The notes under the pieces: generated by a model
What the model was told of the DNA's origin: nothing
Databases searched by the model: none
The model's input: the letters and a program-made list of their open reading frames with translations, nothing else
Position numbers and translations under genes: made by a program
Shown here: piece after piece, positions 29,019 through 39,383 of the stretch
How positions within the stretch are numbered: position 1 is the stretch's first letter
How the letters are laid out: the number at the start of each line of letters is the position of its first letter
Assembly: GCA_037190965.1 (NCBI GenBank)
Contig: JBBCKI010000010.1
Coordinates: 1-64,000 of the forward strand
DNA length: 64,000 nt
Direction of reading: 5' to 3'
Origin: Chthoniobacteraceae bacterium
Lineage (GTDB): Bacteria; Verrucomicrobiota; Verrucomicrobiia; Chthoniobacterales; Chthoniobacteraceae

Positions 29019-30268
29019 CTAGTCTTCAGAACGGCGAAGCGGTTGTGATCGTGGACGGGGTGCGGACTCCCTTTTGCAAGGCGGGCACGTCGCTCGCCTC
29101 GCTCGCCGCGGATGAACTGGGCCGTCAGGCGGTCAACGCGCTGCTGGCAAAGACGGCGCTCGACCCGGGGCTCATCGACGAAGTGATCTTCGGCTGTGTT
29201 TCCCAACCGGCGGAGTCCACCAATATCGCGCGCGTGATCGCCTTGCGGGCGGGAGTGCCGGAGCGGGTTCCCGCGTTGACCGTGTCGCGGAATTGCGCCT
29301 CGGGGTTTGAAGCGATTACCGAAGCGTACACGAGAATTCGCGCCGGGCGCGGTTCGGTCTTTTTGGTGGGCGGCACGGAGAGCATGTCGCAGGTGCCATT
29401 CTATTTCAGGCGGGATGCGGCGGCGAAGTTCAACGCGCTCGCGCGGAGCAAGAGCCTCGTGCAGCGTCTTTCCGCGCTGGAGGCGTTTCGGCCTTCGGAC
29501 TTCAAGCCGACGCCGGGTCTCAAGTTGGGGCTGACCGATCCGGTTAGCGGGCTCAACATGGGGGCGACGGCGGAAATTCTCGCGCGGGAGTTCGATATTA
29601 CCCGCGAGGCCCAGGATGCCTTTGCGCTGCGCTCGCATCAGCGGGCATTGGCAGGGCGGGAGCGGCTGGCGGCGGAGATCTGCCCGGTTTTCGTACCGAC
29701 GCCCGGCGGCAGCAAGACGATCGTGGAGGATAACGGACCGCGCGAAAACCAGACGACTACCGCGCTCGCGGGGCTCAAGCCCGTGTTTGATCGTAGCGGG
29801 TTTGGAACCGTGACGGCGGGCAACTCTTCGCAGATTTCCGACGGAGCGGTGGCGCTTCTCGTGATGACGCAACAGCGTGCGGATGAGCTGGGCCTGACGC
29901 CGCTCGGGAGACTGGTCGATTTTGCCTATGCAGGCTGCGATCCCAAACGAATGGGGCTGGGGCCTGTTCCTGCGATTCGCGCGCTGGAGACGCGGGGGTT
30001 CTCCCTGGCCGACACGGATCTGGTGGAGATCAACGAAGCCTTCGCGGCACAGGTTCTCGCCGTGCTGGAGCAGTTGCGCGAGGTCGATGAAGGCCGCCTA
30101 AATGTCAACGGAGGAGCCATCGCGCTCGGCCATCCTGTCGGCGCAACCGGCGCGCGGCTTGTGCTCACCGTGCTGCTCGAACTGCGGCGGCGGGGAGGGC
30201 GGCAGGCGCTGGCGGCGCTTTGTGTCGGCGGCGGGCAAGGAGGCGCGCTCCGGCTGGAAAGGATTTGA
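29015..30268 (+). CDS. Acetyl-CoA C-acyltransferase (thiolase, FadI-like)
   Basis: [28 protein letters not shown]. Confidence 0.93.
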   Translation: MTSLQNGEAVVIVDGVRTPFCKAGTSLASLAADELGRQAVNALLAKTALDPGLIDEVIFGCVSQPAESTNIARVIALRAGVPERVPALTVSRNCASGFEAITEAYTRIRAGRGSVFLVGGTESMSQVPFYFRRDAAAKFNALARSKSLVQRLSALEAFRPSDFKPTPGLKLGLTDPVSGLNMGATAEILAREFDITREAQDAFALRSHQRALAGRERLAAEICPVFVPTPGGSKTIVEDNGPRENQTTTALAGLKPVFDRSGFGTVTAGNSSQISDGAVALLVMTQQRADELGLTPLGRLVDFAYAGCDPKRMGLGPVPAIRALETRGFSLADTDLVEINEAFAAQVLAVLEQLREVDEGRLNVNGGAIALGHPVGATGARLVLTVLLELRRRGGRQALAALCVGGGQGGALRLERI

Positions 30269-30270
30269 CT

Positions 30271-32418
30271 ATGCAACCCGAAGCCATCAATCCCTTTGAT
30301 TCCCTCAAGGCAGGCAGCCAGGCGATTCAGGAAAAGTGGATCACCGAACCGGGCAAGATCTGCGTGCTGACTTTCGACAAACCGAATTCCAGCGCAAACA
30401 CGCTCGACCGCGCCACGCTTGAGGAACTGGCCCGGCGGTTGGATCAGATTGAAGCCAGCCCGGACATTCACGGCGTGGTATTCATCAGCGCCAAGGAGTC
30501 GATTTTCATTGCCGGGGCGGATTTCGAACTATTGACGAAAGGCCCCGAGCATCGCGAATTGCTCGCGGAATACCTGGAACTGGGACAACGGGTTTTCAAC
30601 CGCATTGCGGCGCTCAAGGTGCCGACCGTGGCGGCGATCCACGGGGCGTGCCTGGGGGGAGGCTATGAACTGGCGTTGGCCTGCGACTACCGGATCGCCA
30701 CCCCCGACAAACGGACGAAAATCGGATTGCCCGAGACAAAGCTGGGAATCATTCCGGCATGGGGCGGATCGACCCGTTTGCCCCGGTTGGTCGGGATCCC
30801 TCGGGCGCTTGATTTGATCCTCGGTGGCAAAACGCCGAATGCGGAGCGGGCGCTGAGGCTGGGGATGATCGATAAGGTCGTGCCGAGGGAGTGGCTGTTG
30901 CGCGCCGCGTTGCAGGTGATCGGGCGGAAGACGAAGGCGCATTTGCCATTCTGGCGTGGCTGGGGCAATCGCATCATGGCAACGACAATTGGCGGGAAGG
31001 CGAGGGCCGAGGCGCTCCGCCGCACCCGTGGGAACTATCCGGCGACGATTGCGGCTCTCGATGTGATCATCGCCGGGGCAGGGGAGGGATTCGGTGATCC
31101 CGCTCCCTCGCTGGCCCGGGAACGGAAGGCTGTTTCGGATCTGGCTGCCAATCCCGAATGCCGCAATCTCTTTCGGGTTTTTATGCTTCAGGAGCATGCC
31201 CGCAAAGTCGCCAAGGAGGCGGCGCGGGACGTGCCCCCCGTGCGCCGTGTGGCGGTGATCGGAGCGGGCGTGATGGGAGCCGCCATTGCGCAATGGCTTA
31301 GCGCAAAGGGAATCGAGGTATTGCTGCGGGATGTTGACGCATCGCGGGTGGGCGCGGGGATGGGGCGGATCACTAAGCTCTATGCCGATGCGGTTAATCA
31401 CCGGTCGATCACTCCCCGCGAGGCGCGCGATGGGATGGACCGGATCTCCCCGGTGGCTTATGAAGCGCCGCTCAAACGGGCGGAATGGGTGATCGAAGCG
31501 GCGGTCGAGAAACTGGCGATCAAAGAGCAGCTTTTCCATGGGCTTGACGCTCAAACCTTGCCTGCAACCCTTCTGGCGACCAATACCTCGGCGTTGCCGG
31601 TGGCCCGGATTGCCGCCAGCACCGGGCGTCCGGGACGAGTCTTGGGGCTGCACTTTTTCAACCCGGTGCATCGGATGCCGCTGGTGGAGGTGGTCATCCC
31701 CGAGGGGGGCGATCCGGACGTGAAACGGCGCGCGCTCGCGCTGGTCCAGCAAATCGGCAAAACGCCGGTCGTCGTGCGGGACACGCCGGGGTTTCTCGTT
31801 AACCGGGTACTGCTTCCCTACCTGATGCAGGCGGCAGCGGCGTTCGACGGTGGCGCAAGCGTCGAGGCGGTGGATACGGTGATGCTCGACTTTGGAATGC
31901 CGATGGGGCCGCTGCGGCTTGCGGACGAGGTGGGGCTCGACGTGGCTTTGGAAGTCGCCCAGACCTTGGCGGCTGCATATCCCGACCGGATGAGTGTCCC
32001 GCCCTTTCTAGCCAAGATGGTGGAGGCGGGATTGCTTGGCCGCAAGTCGGGCCGTGGGTTTTACGACTATCCGGGCGCGAAGGGGGAGCCGCGCACCAAC
32101 TGGAACGCGCTCAATTTTCGAACCGGCGGCACGGCCCCGGATTCGGTAAGCCTGCGGGACCGGATGGTTTATCGGATGCTGGATGAGGCGGCGCGTTGCC
32201 AGGACGAAAAGGTGGTGGCGACTGCGGAAGACGTGGACCTCGGGATGGTTCTTGGAGCCGGGTTCCCGCCATTCCGGGGCGGACCGCTTCGCTATGCCGA
32301 CTCGCTGGGCGCGGAGTCGATCGTTGCCGGGATGAAGGCCCTACTAATGGAGCCGTGCGCGCGTTTGCAAACCATGGCGGCGCAAAACCAGAAATTTTAT
32401 GAAGACGCAGCAGACTAG
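30271..32418 (+). CDS. Multifunctional enoyl-CoA hydratase / 3-hydroxyacyl-CoA dehydrogenase (FadJ/FadB-like)
   Basis: Crotonase motifs (FIAGAD, GGGYE, GLPE), [22 protein letters not shown]. Confidence 0.93.
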   Translation: MQPEAINPFDSLKAGSQAIQEKWITEPGKICVLTFDKPNSSANTLDRATLEELARRLDQIEASPDIHGVVFISAKESIFIAGADFELLTKGPEHRELLAEYLELGQRVFNRIAALKVPTVAAIHGACLGGGYELALACDYRIATPDKRTKIGLPETKLGIIPAWGGSTRLPRLVGIPRALDLILGGKTPNAERALRLGMIDKVVPREWLLRAALQVIGRKTKAHLPFWRGWGNRIMATTIGGKARAEALRRTRGNYPATIAALDVIIAGAGEGFGDPAPSLARERKAVSDLAANPECRNLFRVFMLQEHARKVAKEAARDVPPVRRVAVIGAGVMGAAIAQWLSAKGIEVLLRDVDASRVGAGMGRITKLYADAVNHRSITPREARDGMDRISPVAYEAPLKRAEWVIEAAVEKLAIKEQLFHGLDAQTLPATLLATNTSALPVARIAASTGRPGRVLGLHFFNPVHRMPLVEVVIPEGGDPDVKRRALALVQQIGKTPVVVRDTPGFLVNRVLLPYLMQAAAAFDGGASVEAVDTVMLDFGMPMGPLRLADEVGLDVALEVAQTLAAAYPDRMSVPPFLAKMVEAGLLGRKSGRGFYDYPGAKGEPRTNWNALNFRTGGTAPDSVSLRDRMVYRMLDEAARCQDEKVVATAEDVDLGMVLGAGFPPFRGGPLRYADSLGAESIVAGMKALLMEPCARLQTMAAQNQKFYEDAAD

Positions 32419-34306
32419 TCATTCAGGTGGTTCCGAACCGGGTGAGGTGATCGATACTTCCCGGATGTCCCCAGAGCAACGGGCTGCGCTGGAGATGACC
32501 GAGGCCGCGCGCGAACCGGGCGGGGGCGACGGGGAGCGCGGTTTTGCCGGAGGGCTCTTCATGGGGCGATGGAATGTCGACGCGCTGGTTCCCTATCCCT
32601 TGCAAAGCGCGGAGGACCGCGACCAGGGGGATGCGTTTCTGTTGCGGCTGGAGGCATTTCTGAAAGCGGAGGTCGATCCCGATGAGATCGATCGAATGGG
32701 AGAGGTCCCTGACGCGGTGATCGAGGGGTTGGCGAAGCTGGGAGCCTTCGGCATCAAGATCGCGCCGGAGTATGGCGGGCTCGGTTTGTCGCAGACGAAC
32801 TATTGCCGGGCGGCGATGCTGCTGGCCAGTTACTGCGGGAACCTGACCGCGCTGCTTTCCGCGCATCAATCCATCGGCGTGCCGCAACCCTTGATTCTAT
32901 TTGGCACCGAAGAGCAGAAGCGGCGTTTCCTGCCGCGAGTGGCGGGCGGGGAAATCTCCGCCTTCGCATTGACCGAACCGGGCGTCGGCTCCGATCCCGC
33001 GCGAATGGAAACGCGGGCCGATCCTACCCCGGACGGCGCGGCGTTCCTTCTCAATGGCGAGAAGCTCTGGTGCACCAACGGCGTCAAGGCGGGCGTGGTG
33101 ATCGTCATGGCCAAGACGCCGCCGAAGCTGGTCAACGGGCGGGAGCGCGAACAGGTGACGGCGTTCCTTCTCGATATGAACACGCCGGGGATTGAGGTGG
33201 TGCGCCGCTGCCATTTCATGGGATTGCATGCGCTTTACAACGCGGTGATCCGGTTTCGCGATGTACGCATTCCCCGCGAAAATATCGTGATGGCGGAGGG
33301 AAAGGGGCTCCGCGTGGCGCTGACGACGCTCAATACGGGGCGGCTCACGCTTCCGGCGGCGTGCGTGGGACTGGCCAAGCGGTGCCTGGCCATCACGCGC
33401 CGTTGGGCCGCCGGGCGGGTGCAATGGGGCGCGCCGATCGGCAACCACGCCGCAATTGCCGACAAAATCGCCCGAATGGCCGCGAACGCGTTTGCGATGG
33501 AGGCGATGACGCTCTACACCGCCAGCCTCGTGGATCGCGACAAGCACGCGGATGTCCGGCTGGAGGCGGCCATGTGCAAGCTCTGGGCGACGGAGCGATC
33601 CTGGGAGGCGGTGGATGAGACAATGCAGATCCGTGGCGGGCGGGGCTACGAGACGGCTCAATCGCTCACAGCTCGCGGGGAGGAGGGGGTGCCTGTGGAA
33701 CGGTTCTTCCGCGACTCTCGCATCAATACGATCTTCGAGGGTTCCAGCGAAATCATGAGACTATTCATCGCCCGCGAAGCGCTCGACCCGCATTTGAAAA
33801 TCGGCGGGCCGATGCTCAATAGTCAGGCTCCGGTTGCGGACCGCGCCAAGGCGGCGGTCAGCGCGGCATGGTTCTATTCAAGCTGGTATCCCCGGCTGCT
33901 GCTGCCGGGCAAAAGCGAAGTTGAATGGCTTCCGCAACTGGCCAAGCCAATGCGTTGGGCGGAGCGCACGACACGACGGCTCGCGCTGACGCTTTTTCAC
34001 GCGATGGCATGGCATGGGCCGAAGCTGGAGCGCGAACAGGTTCTGCTGGGGCGTTTTGTCGATATCGGCACGGAACTCTTTGCCATGGCCGCCACCTGCG
34101 CCCGCGCCCAGGCGCTTGAGAAGACGGGGGACTGTGCGGAAGACGGCGCGGTGGACCTTGCCGTCTATTTCTGCGACAACGCGCGGTTGCGGATCGAAGG
34201 GCTTTTTCATGCGATCCGGAAGAACAACGACCGCGCAGGTTACAAGACCGCCCGGCGGGTGCTGGAAGGCCGTGCCGCGTGGGTGGAGAAGGGGATTGTG
34301 CGGTGA
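32399..34306 (+). CDS. Acyl-CoA dehydrogenase (long, VLCAD-like)
   Basis: AFALTEPGVGSD, NGEKLWCTNG, QIRGGRGY, IFEGSSEI; C-terminal extension. Confidence 0.93.
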   Translation: MKTQQTSHSGGSEPGEVIDTSRMSPEQRAALEMTEAAREPGGGDGERGFAGGLFMGRWNVDALVPYPLQSAEDRDQGDAFLLRLEAFLKAEVDPDEIDRMGEVPDAVIEGLAKLGAFGIKIAPEYGGLGLSQTNYCRAAMLLASYCGNLTALLSAHQSIGVPQPLILFGTEEQKRRFLPRVAGGEISAFALTEPGVGSDPARMETRADPTPDGAAFLLNGEKLWCTNGVKAGVVIVMAKTPPKLVNGREREQVTAFLLDMNTPGIEVVRRCHFMGLHALYNAVIRFRDVRIPRENIVMAEGKGLRVALTTLNTGRLTLPAACVGLAKRCLAITRRWAAGRVQWGAPIGNHAAIADKIARMAANAFAMEAMTLYTASLVDRDKHADVRLEAAMCKLWATERSWEAVDETMQIRGGRGYETAQSLTARGEEGVPVERFFRDSRINTIFEGSSEIMRLFIAREALDPHLKIGGPMLNSQAPVADRAKAAVSAAWFYSSWYPRLLLPGKSEVEWLPQLAKPMRWAERTTRRLALTLFHAMAWHGPKLEREQVLLGRFVDIGTELFAMAATCARAQALEKTGDCAEDGAVDLAVYFCDNARLRIEGLFHAIRKNNDRAGYKTARRVLEGRAAWVEKGIVR

Positions 34307-34513
34307 GGTGGAGACTTGCCCAAGATCACATTCAACGATCGTTTAAGGTCGGAAAGCTCCAAACCACTCCACTGCTTTGAACGCCCGACCGTGGAATATA
34401 GCGGCAGAATATGGCGCTACATAAGCGCCAGGGTGGGCTGTCCTTAAAGCAAATAGCCTCAACCTACCATTGCATAGTTTTCGGCGCCGAATTGATTGGC
34501 TGATGCGATTTCA

Positions 34514-34918
34514 TCAGACTTTGGGGGCGTCTACGGCAAAGCGGAATTTTTGACCATTACAGTCTTCTATTTCGAATTCTCTAAGCCCCCAGAACTGAAT
34601 AGTCGGCTCCATGGTGATCTTGACACCTTTAGCCACGTATTCTGCATACAGGCCGTCTAGATCTCCCCGGCCATCAACATGTCCGAGATGAATGTAGATT
34701 CCGTCGGTCAAATCTTTCGCATCGGACCGGGGGGTTGCAAACTGAAGCATGACTTTGTCCTTGCTAACTCTAGCGTGAAAGCCAGGTTCTCCCACTACAA
34801 AATCAACCTTGAATCCAAGCTTGTCACGGTAGTATGCCACTGTGGCATCTACATCTTCGACGGGAATGACACTCTGAAGATCGTGGAAATTATAATCGTC
34901 CTTCTTTGGCTCGCTCAT
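34514..34918 (-). CDS. VOC/glyoxalase superfamily protein
   Basis: VEDVDATVAYYRDKLGF...WGLREFEIEDCNG; AT-rich relative to its neighbours. Confidence 0.85.
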   Translation of the reverse strand: MSEPKKDDYNFHDLQSVIPVEDVDATVAYYRDKLGFKVDFVVGEPGFHARVSKDKVMLQFATPRSDAKDLTDGIYIHLGHVDGRGDLDGLYAEYVAKGVKITMEPTIQFWGLREFEIEDCNGQKFRFAVDAPKV

Positions 34919-35172
34919 AGCGAGCTTGAATCTATTGAATCTGGATCAATATGCAAACAAAAGAAGCCTGCAACCCTCTAAGGAAACGCTGGTTTAATCG
35001 GAGAATTAAAGATTATCCGTTGAAAGGACGATTAGCTAAGATGGTCGATATTTGTCCGAAAAAAACTGCCGACAGGCCGCTGAAAAACGCATGTTTCTTT
35101 CAAGACCTATCGCTCGGACCCTTGGATGGCATTATTCAGAGTTTCCCTTTGGATCGATTTGAAGGACCGGCA

Positions 35173-35333
35173 GTTAGACCGCTCTCGCCGAGAGCGCGGG
35201 ATCGGTGAAGAATCGCACTTGACGCCCATCCCCGCAGGACGGACTTCCGGTGTTTGGATGTGGCCGCTTATGAACCCACGGGAGCCGATACCCGCGCTCG
35301 GCGGCGCGAGCGTGCTACCGGTGCTGCCGCACC
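35173..35333 (+). repeat. GTAG-REP doublet, copy 2
   Basis: Same arms, spacer and GGTGCTGCCGCACC tail; left end degenerate (GTTAGACC). Confidence 0.8.
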
Positions 35334-35378
35334 AATGGCCTTGGTTTCTCTTTCAGCCGGGTAATGAAGTATTCCTTG

Positions 35379-36758
35379 CTATCCCGTATGCGCCCTGCGT
35401 CCGCGCGCTTCGCGTTCCCTGAAGTAGAACTTCAGCGGCAGCCCCGTCCACTCGACCTCTTTGCGAATCTGCGCGTCGAGGTATTTGCGGTAGGAGTCGA
35501 TCATCAGGTCTTCCTGGTTGACGAAGAAGAGGATGCTCGGGATCGGGATCGCCTGGCTGACTTCCTTCTGTTCGGGCTGCGTGGCGTAAACGACTTTGAG
35601 CCGTTTGCCGGCGCGTGCGGGAGGCGGGTGCGCGGTGAGGGCCTCGGCAATCAGGCGGTTGAGTTGCCCGGTGCCGATGCGGTGTTGCGATCCCTTGCGG
35701 ATCTGCTCCACGAGCTTGAAGAGGCGCGTGAGCCCTTCGCTTTTGAGGGCGGAAAGGACGATGACCGGCGCGTAGTCGACAAAGAAAAGTTCGTTGCGAA
35801 TCTTCTCCAGCAACTCCGCAAGCTGTTCCTTGCGGCTGCCGAAGCCGCCCGCTTCCTTGACGAGATCCCACTTGTTAACCGCCACGAGGCACGGCTTTTG
35901 CGCCTCCTGAATCAATCCGGCGATCTTCTTGTCCTGCGCGGTGACGCCCATGGTGGCGTCCACGACGAGGATGCAGAGATCGGCGCGGCGGATGGTGCGC
36001 TCGCTGCGCATGACGCTGAAGATCTCCACGGACGACTCCTGCTTGCCGCGCGGACGGATCCCGGCGGTGTCAATGAGCGTGTAGGTGTGCCCGTTGCGTT
36101 CGTAGGGGATGTCGATGGCGTCGCGGGTGGTGCCTGAGATCGGCGAGACGAGCGTGCGGCTGTCCTGAAGGATCGCATTGACGAGCGACGATTTGCCCAC
36201 GTTGGGTCGCCCGACAATGGCGATGTCGATAGGTGGTTCGGCGGTTATGGCTGGCGCGTCGGGCGCGGGAGGGAGCATTGACTCGATGGTTTCCACCAGT
36301 TCCAGCGTGCCCCGGTTGTGTTCGGCGCTGATGCAAAGGGTCTTCTTGAACCCGAGCCGCGCGAAGTCGGAGTCGAGCGTGTCATGGTTCGGGTGGTCGA
36401 TTTTGTTGACGAGCAGGAGCATCGGTTTCTCGACCTTGCGGAGCCTGCGGGCGATCTCCTGATCCACGGGGTTCAAGCCGCTCTGGCCGTCGACCATGAA
36501 GAGGATGATGTCGCTCGTCTCGATGGCGAGGTTCACCTCAGCGTCGACCTGTTCGGTAAAGCTCGCGTCGGCGTCGCTGCCGATGCCGCCGGTGTCGATG
36601 ATGGTGAACGGCTCCCGGCCCAGGCTGCATTCCGCGGTAATGCGGTCGCGGGTAACGCCGGGTTGATCATGCACGATTGAAATACGACGGCGGGCAAGGC
36701 GATTGAAAAGGGCGGATTTGCCGACATTGGGGCGGCCGACGATGGCGACGGTTCTCAT
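35379..36758 (-). CDS. der: Ribosome biogenesis GTPase Der/EngA
   Basis: Two GTPase domains (GRPNVGKS x2, DTGG/DTAG, NKID/NKWD). Confidence 0.96.
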   Translation of the reverse strand: MRTVAIVGRPNVGKSALFNRLARRRISIVHDQPGVTRDRITAECSLGREPFTIIDTGGIGSDADASFTEQVDAEVNLAIETSDIILFMVDGQSGLNPVDQEIARRLRKVEKPMLLLVNKIDHPNHDTLDSDFARLGFKKTLCISAEHNRGTLELVETIESMLPPAPDAPAITAEPPIDIAIVGRPNVGKSSLVNAILQDSRTLVSPISGTTRDAIDIPYERNGHTYTLIDTAGIRPRGKQESSVEIFSVMRSERTIRRADLCILVVDATMGVTAQDKKIAGLIQEAQKPCLVAVNKWDLVKEAGGFGSRKEQLAELLEKIRNELFFVDYAPVIVLSALKSEGLTRLFKLVEQIRKGSQHRIGTGQLNRLIAEALTAHPPPARAGKRLKVVYATQPEQKEVSQAIPIPSILFFVNQEDLMIDSYRKYLDAQIRKEVEWTGLPLKFYFREREARGRRAHTG

Positions 36759-36812
36759 GAAAAAATGGGAAAAATTACAGGGCGTTTAACAAGGGTTCTT
36801 TCGGTGCGGCGC

Positions 36813-37418
36813 TCAGGCTTTGGCGTGTTCGGCGGCCTGAAGCTGGCGGATGCCATCCCTCACGTAACCTACCCCTGAGATAAAGGTGAACAACCCGGCC
36901 AAAATCACAAGAACATCGAGAAGAAGGAAGGAGCGCCCGAACCATTCCCAGGAAGTGGTCAGTTGCAACATGGCTCCGCCAATGGCGGTCATTTGCAGGA
37001 AAGTGGCGATTTTTCCCGGCCAACTTGGCCGGACCTGCACCGATCCGTAAAAATACTGCAGGAGAACAGCCCCGGAAACGACGACGATGTCGCGGGCGAT
37101 GATCAACACCGGGAACCAGAGCGGGAACTCGTAGTGCCAGTTGGAGAAGGTGAGGGTGATGATGGCCGTCAGGAGTAGGCCCTTGTCGGCGATCGGGTCA
37201 AGAATGACGCCCAACTGGCTCTTCTGGTTGTAATGCCGGGCAATGTACCCGTCGATCCCGTCGCTCGCCGCCGCGATGACAAAAACGAGAATCGCCGAAA
37301 TACGGAGCCACTCCTCCGGCTGCCCCCGCAACACGCTCCGCCCGTAGTAGATCGCCAGCAGGACGAACACGGGGATCATCAAGATGCGGCTGATCGTGAT
37401 TTTGTTGGCGGTGGTCAT
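36813..37418 (-). CDS. pgsA: CDP-alcohol phosphatidyltransferase (PgsA-like)
   Basis: ANKITISRI and D..DG.IAR...G..LDP.ADK motif. Confidence 0.85.
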   Translation of the reverse strand: MTTANKITISRILMIPVFVLLAIYYGRSVLRGQPEEWLRISAILVFVIAAASDGIDGYIARHYNQKSQLGVILDPIADKGLLLTAIITLTFSNWHYEFPLWFPVLIIARDIVVVSGAVLLQYFYGSVQVRPSWPGKIATFLQMTAIGGAMLQLTTSWEWFGRSFLLLDVLVILAGLFTFISGVGYVRDGIRQLQAAEHAKA

Positions 37419-37514
37419 TAAGGGTGGCGGCGAAAACGGTTTCCACTCATTAACCGTCTTAATTCCGGGAAATGCAACGCCCAAGACGGGGTTGAAGTTC
37501 CGGGGGATGCATGA

Positions 37515-37676
37515 GGTAGCCCGCTCGCGCCGTCGAGCGCGGGATGGGTTTACAGGTCGCGTTTGGCGTTCATCCTCTCAGGACGGGCTGCTGGTGTTGG
37601 GATGCAACCCTTATAAAGCCACGGGAGCCGAACCCCGCGCTCGACGGCGCGAGCGGGCCGCCGGTGCTGCCGCGCC
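37515..37676 (+). repeat. GTAG-REP doublet, copy 3
   Basis: GGTAGCCCGCTCGCGCCGTCGAGCGCGGG...CCCGCGCTCGACGGCGCGAGCGGGC plus tail. Confidence 0.85.
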
Positions 37677-37749
37677 AGTCAGTTCCCGGGTGTTTCAACG
37701 TGTTGACTTTTCTTCGAACATGAGAACCATGGCATTATCAGTTGGAGTT

Positions 37750-38232
37750 ATGCGCTGCCTTACCTTTGCTTTCGTCATCCTGATCTCCCAAGTGCTTTAT
37801 GCAGAGGAGATTCCGGGAATTGGTGAGTTTTCGGAACAGTATTGGTCGGCCATTCGGTCTAAAGACCCTCAGAAGATATTCGCGCTTTTCGATTCGCGGG
37901 TTTTTGAGCAACTGACGCCCGAAGAAAGCGAGTTTTTGAAGAAAACCTGGATGCGGGGCTATGTGAATAACGCGGAGCAGCAAGGCGATTCATACAAGAT
38001 CGCAACGAAGTCGTTTCCGCGTGAAGGCGATCCATTGCCGGAGTGGCGATGGGCGGCAAAGCCCGAGTATCAGATCGAGATCCAGACGTTCAAGAAAGTA
38101 GAAAACGGCACGGAGGGTCTCACGCTGATCCTTGATTTGGCGATCCAACGCGACGGCCGTTTTTATATCATTCGTCCTGTTCCACCGGTCGAGAAACTCG
38201 AAAGGCAAATGAAGAGGGAAAATGGCAATTAA
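37750..38232 (+). CDS. Secreted hypothetical protein
   Basis: Signal peptide MRCLTFAFVILISQVLYA. The upstream part of the listed ORF is translated repeat sequence. Confidence 0.6.
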   Translation: MRCLTFAFVILISQVLYAEEIPGIGEFSEQYWSAIRSKDPQKIFALFDSRVFEQLTPEESEFLKKTWMRGYVNNAEQQGDSYKIATKSFPREGDPLPEWRWAAKPEYQIEIQTFKKVENGTEGLTLILDLAIQRDGRFYIIRPVPPVEKLERQMKRENGN

Positions 38233-38275
38233 CCCTGTCGCGCTTCGCCCCCATTCTCGACGGGTGAGTCAAATA

Positions 38276-39286
38276 ATGAAAATTCAAACCATCCTGACGA
38301 GTGCACTCTTCTCTGCGACGATGCTTCTTTGCGCCGAGCCGGTGAGCAATGATCGCTTTGAGAATCTGCCGTCAGCGCCTCTCGATGCCAAAGGCGGCAT
38401 GGTGCGTGATGGGGTCCAAATTGGGCTTTGGACGGAGAAAGAGAGTTACACGGGTAACGAAATCAGAAATGTTTGGTTGTTCGCCAGAAAGGAGATGGGG
38501 TCCCCGTATAGAATTGGCGTTGATGGCAATATCTACAAGGAGTCCATTTTTTACATCACTGACTCGGAGGGAAAAGTGACCAAGTTCCCTATTGGAGGGG
38601 CCATTGATGGAATGGTCGATCCTGTCCAATATTTCGGAGGCATTTCCGGATTGCTCGAGAAACTTCCGCCCGGTCGTTATGAGTTGGTTTGGAAGACAGA
38701 GAAGTTCGAATCGAACAGGATCAAGATCAATATAAAGGAACCGCCGCCCGCAGCTGATCAGATCGAGCATGGCAAACAGAGCGGCCCTGAGAGCGAGTTC
38801 AACCTGAATGCTTCATCGACTTCCATCAGGCGCAAGGGTGGTTCCGGCAAAGGACCGGGCAGCGGCACCTCGAAGCTCGCTGATCTTTCAATCCTGAAGA
38901 AAGATGCCGAGTTGGATGCGCCGGTTGCCGTCAGGATCGTATCGCTCGGTCGAAAGGTTGAGGGATTGGAAAGTATCAAGGAAAGGATCGTGGATGTGAA
39001 GATCACCAATCCGAATCCCTATGCGGTCTTTTTCCGGGGTCGCCAATACAGGGACAACAAAACGATTAAACCGCGATGGAATGCCCTCAAGGACGGGGTT
39101 TGGACAGAAGCAGGATGGGACTGGTGCGAAAGAGGAGCGCGGGATTGGATCGTCGAGCCAGGGGGCGAGATTGAAGTCATGCTTTATCTCCACTCTGAAT
39201 TGAAGGAGCAGCAGATCCTGGGGAGGTTCTACAGGGTGGATAATTCATCCGTTCAGTCGGATTGCCTGCTCTACGAGAAGGAATAG
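38276..39286 (+). CDS. Secreted two-domain hypothetical protein
   Basis: Signal peptide MKIQTILTSALFSATMLLCA; two beta-rich halves joined by a G/S/P linker. Confidence 0.6.
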   Translation: MKIQTILTSALFSATMLLCAEPVSNDRFENLPSAPLDAKGGMVRDGVQIGLWTEKESYTGNEIRNVWLFARKEMGSPYRIGVDGNIYKESIFYITDSEGKVTKFPIGGAIDGMVDPVQYFGGISGLLEKLPPGRYELVWKTEKFESNRIKINIKEPPPAADQIEHGKQSGPESEFNLNASSTSIRRKGGSGKGPGSGTSKLADLSILKKDAELDAPVAVRIVSLGRKVEGLESIKERIVDVKITNPNPYAVFFRGRQYRDNKTIKPRWNALKDGVWTEAGWDWCERGARDWIVEPGGEIEVMLYLHSELKEQQILGRFYRVDNSSVQSDCLLYEKE

Positions 39287-39383
39287 GCGAGGCAACAGGG
39301 GTGGACGGGAAATCGGGGCGGGCTGAAAATTCCTTTTCCCAACATCGCTTTGCGCGTAGGGTGGCCCGCTATTTTTCCATTCC

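Noticed and set aside
35073..35095. CAGGCCGCTGAAAAA resembling an IS terminal repeat
   Set aside because: No partner inverted repeat or transposase was found; too short to support.
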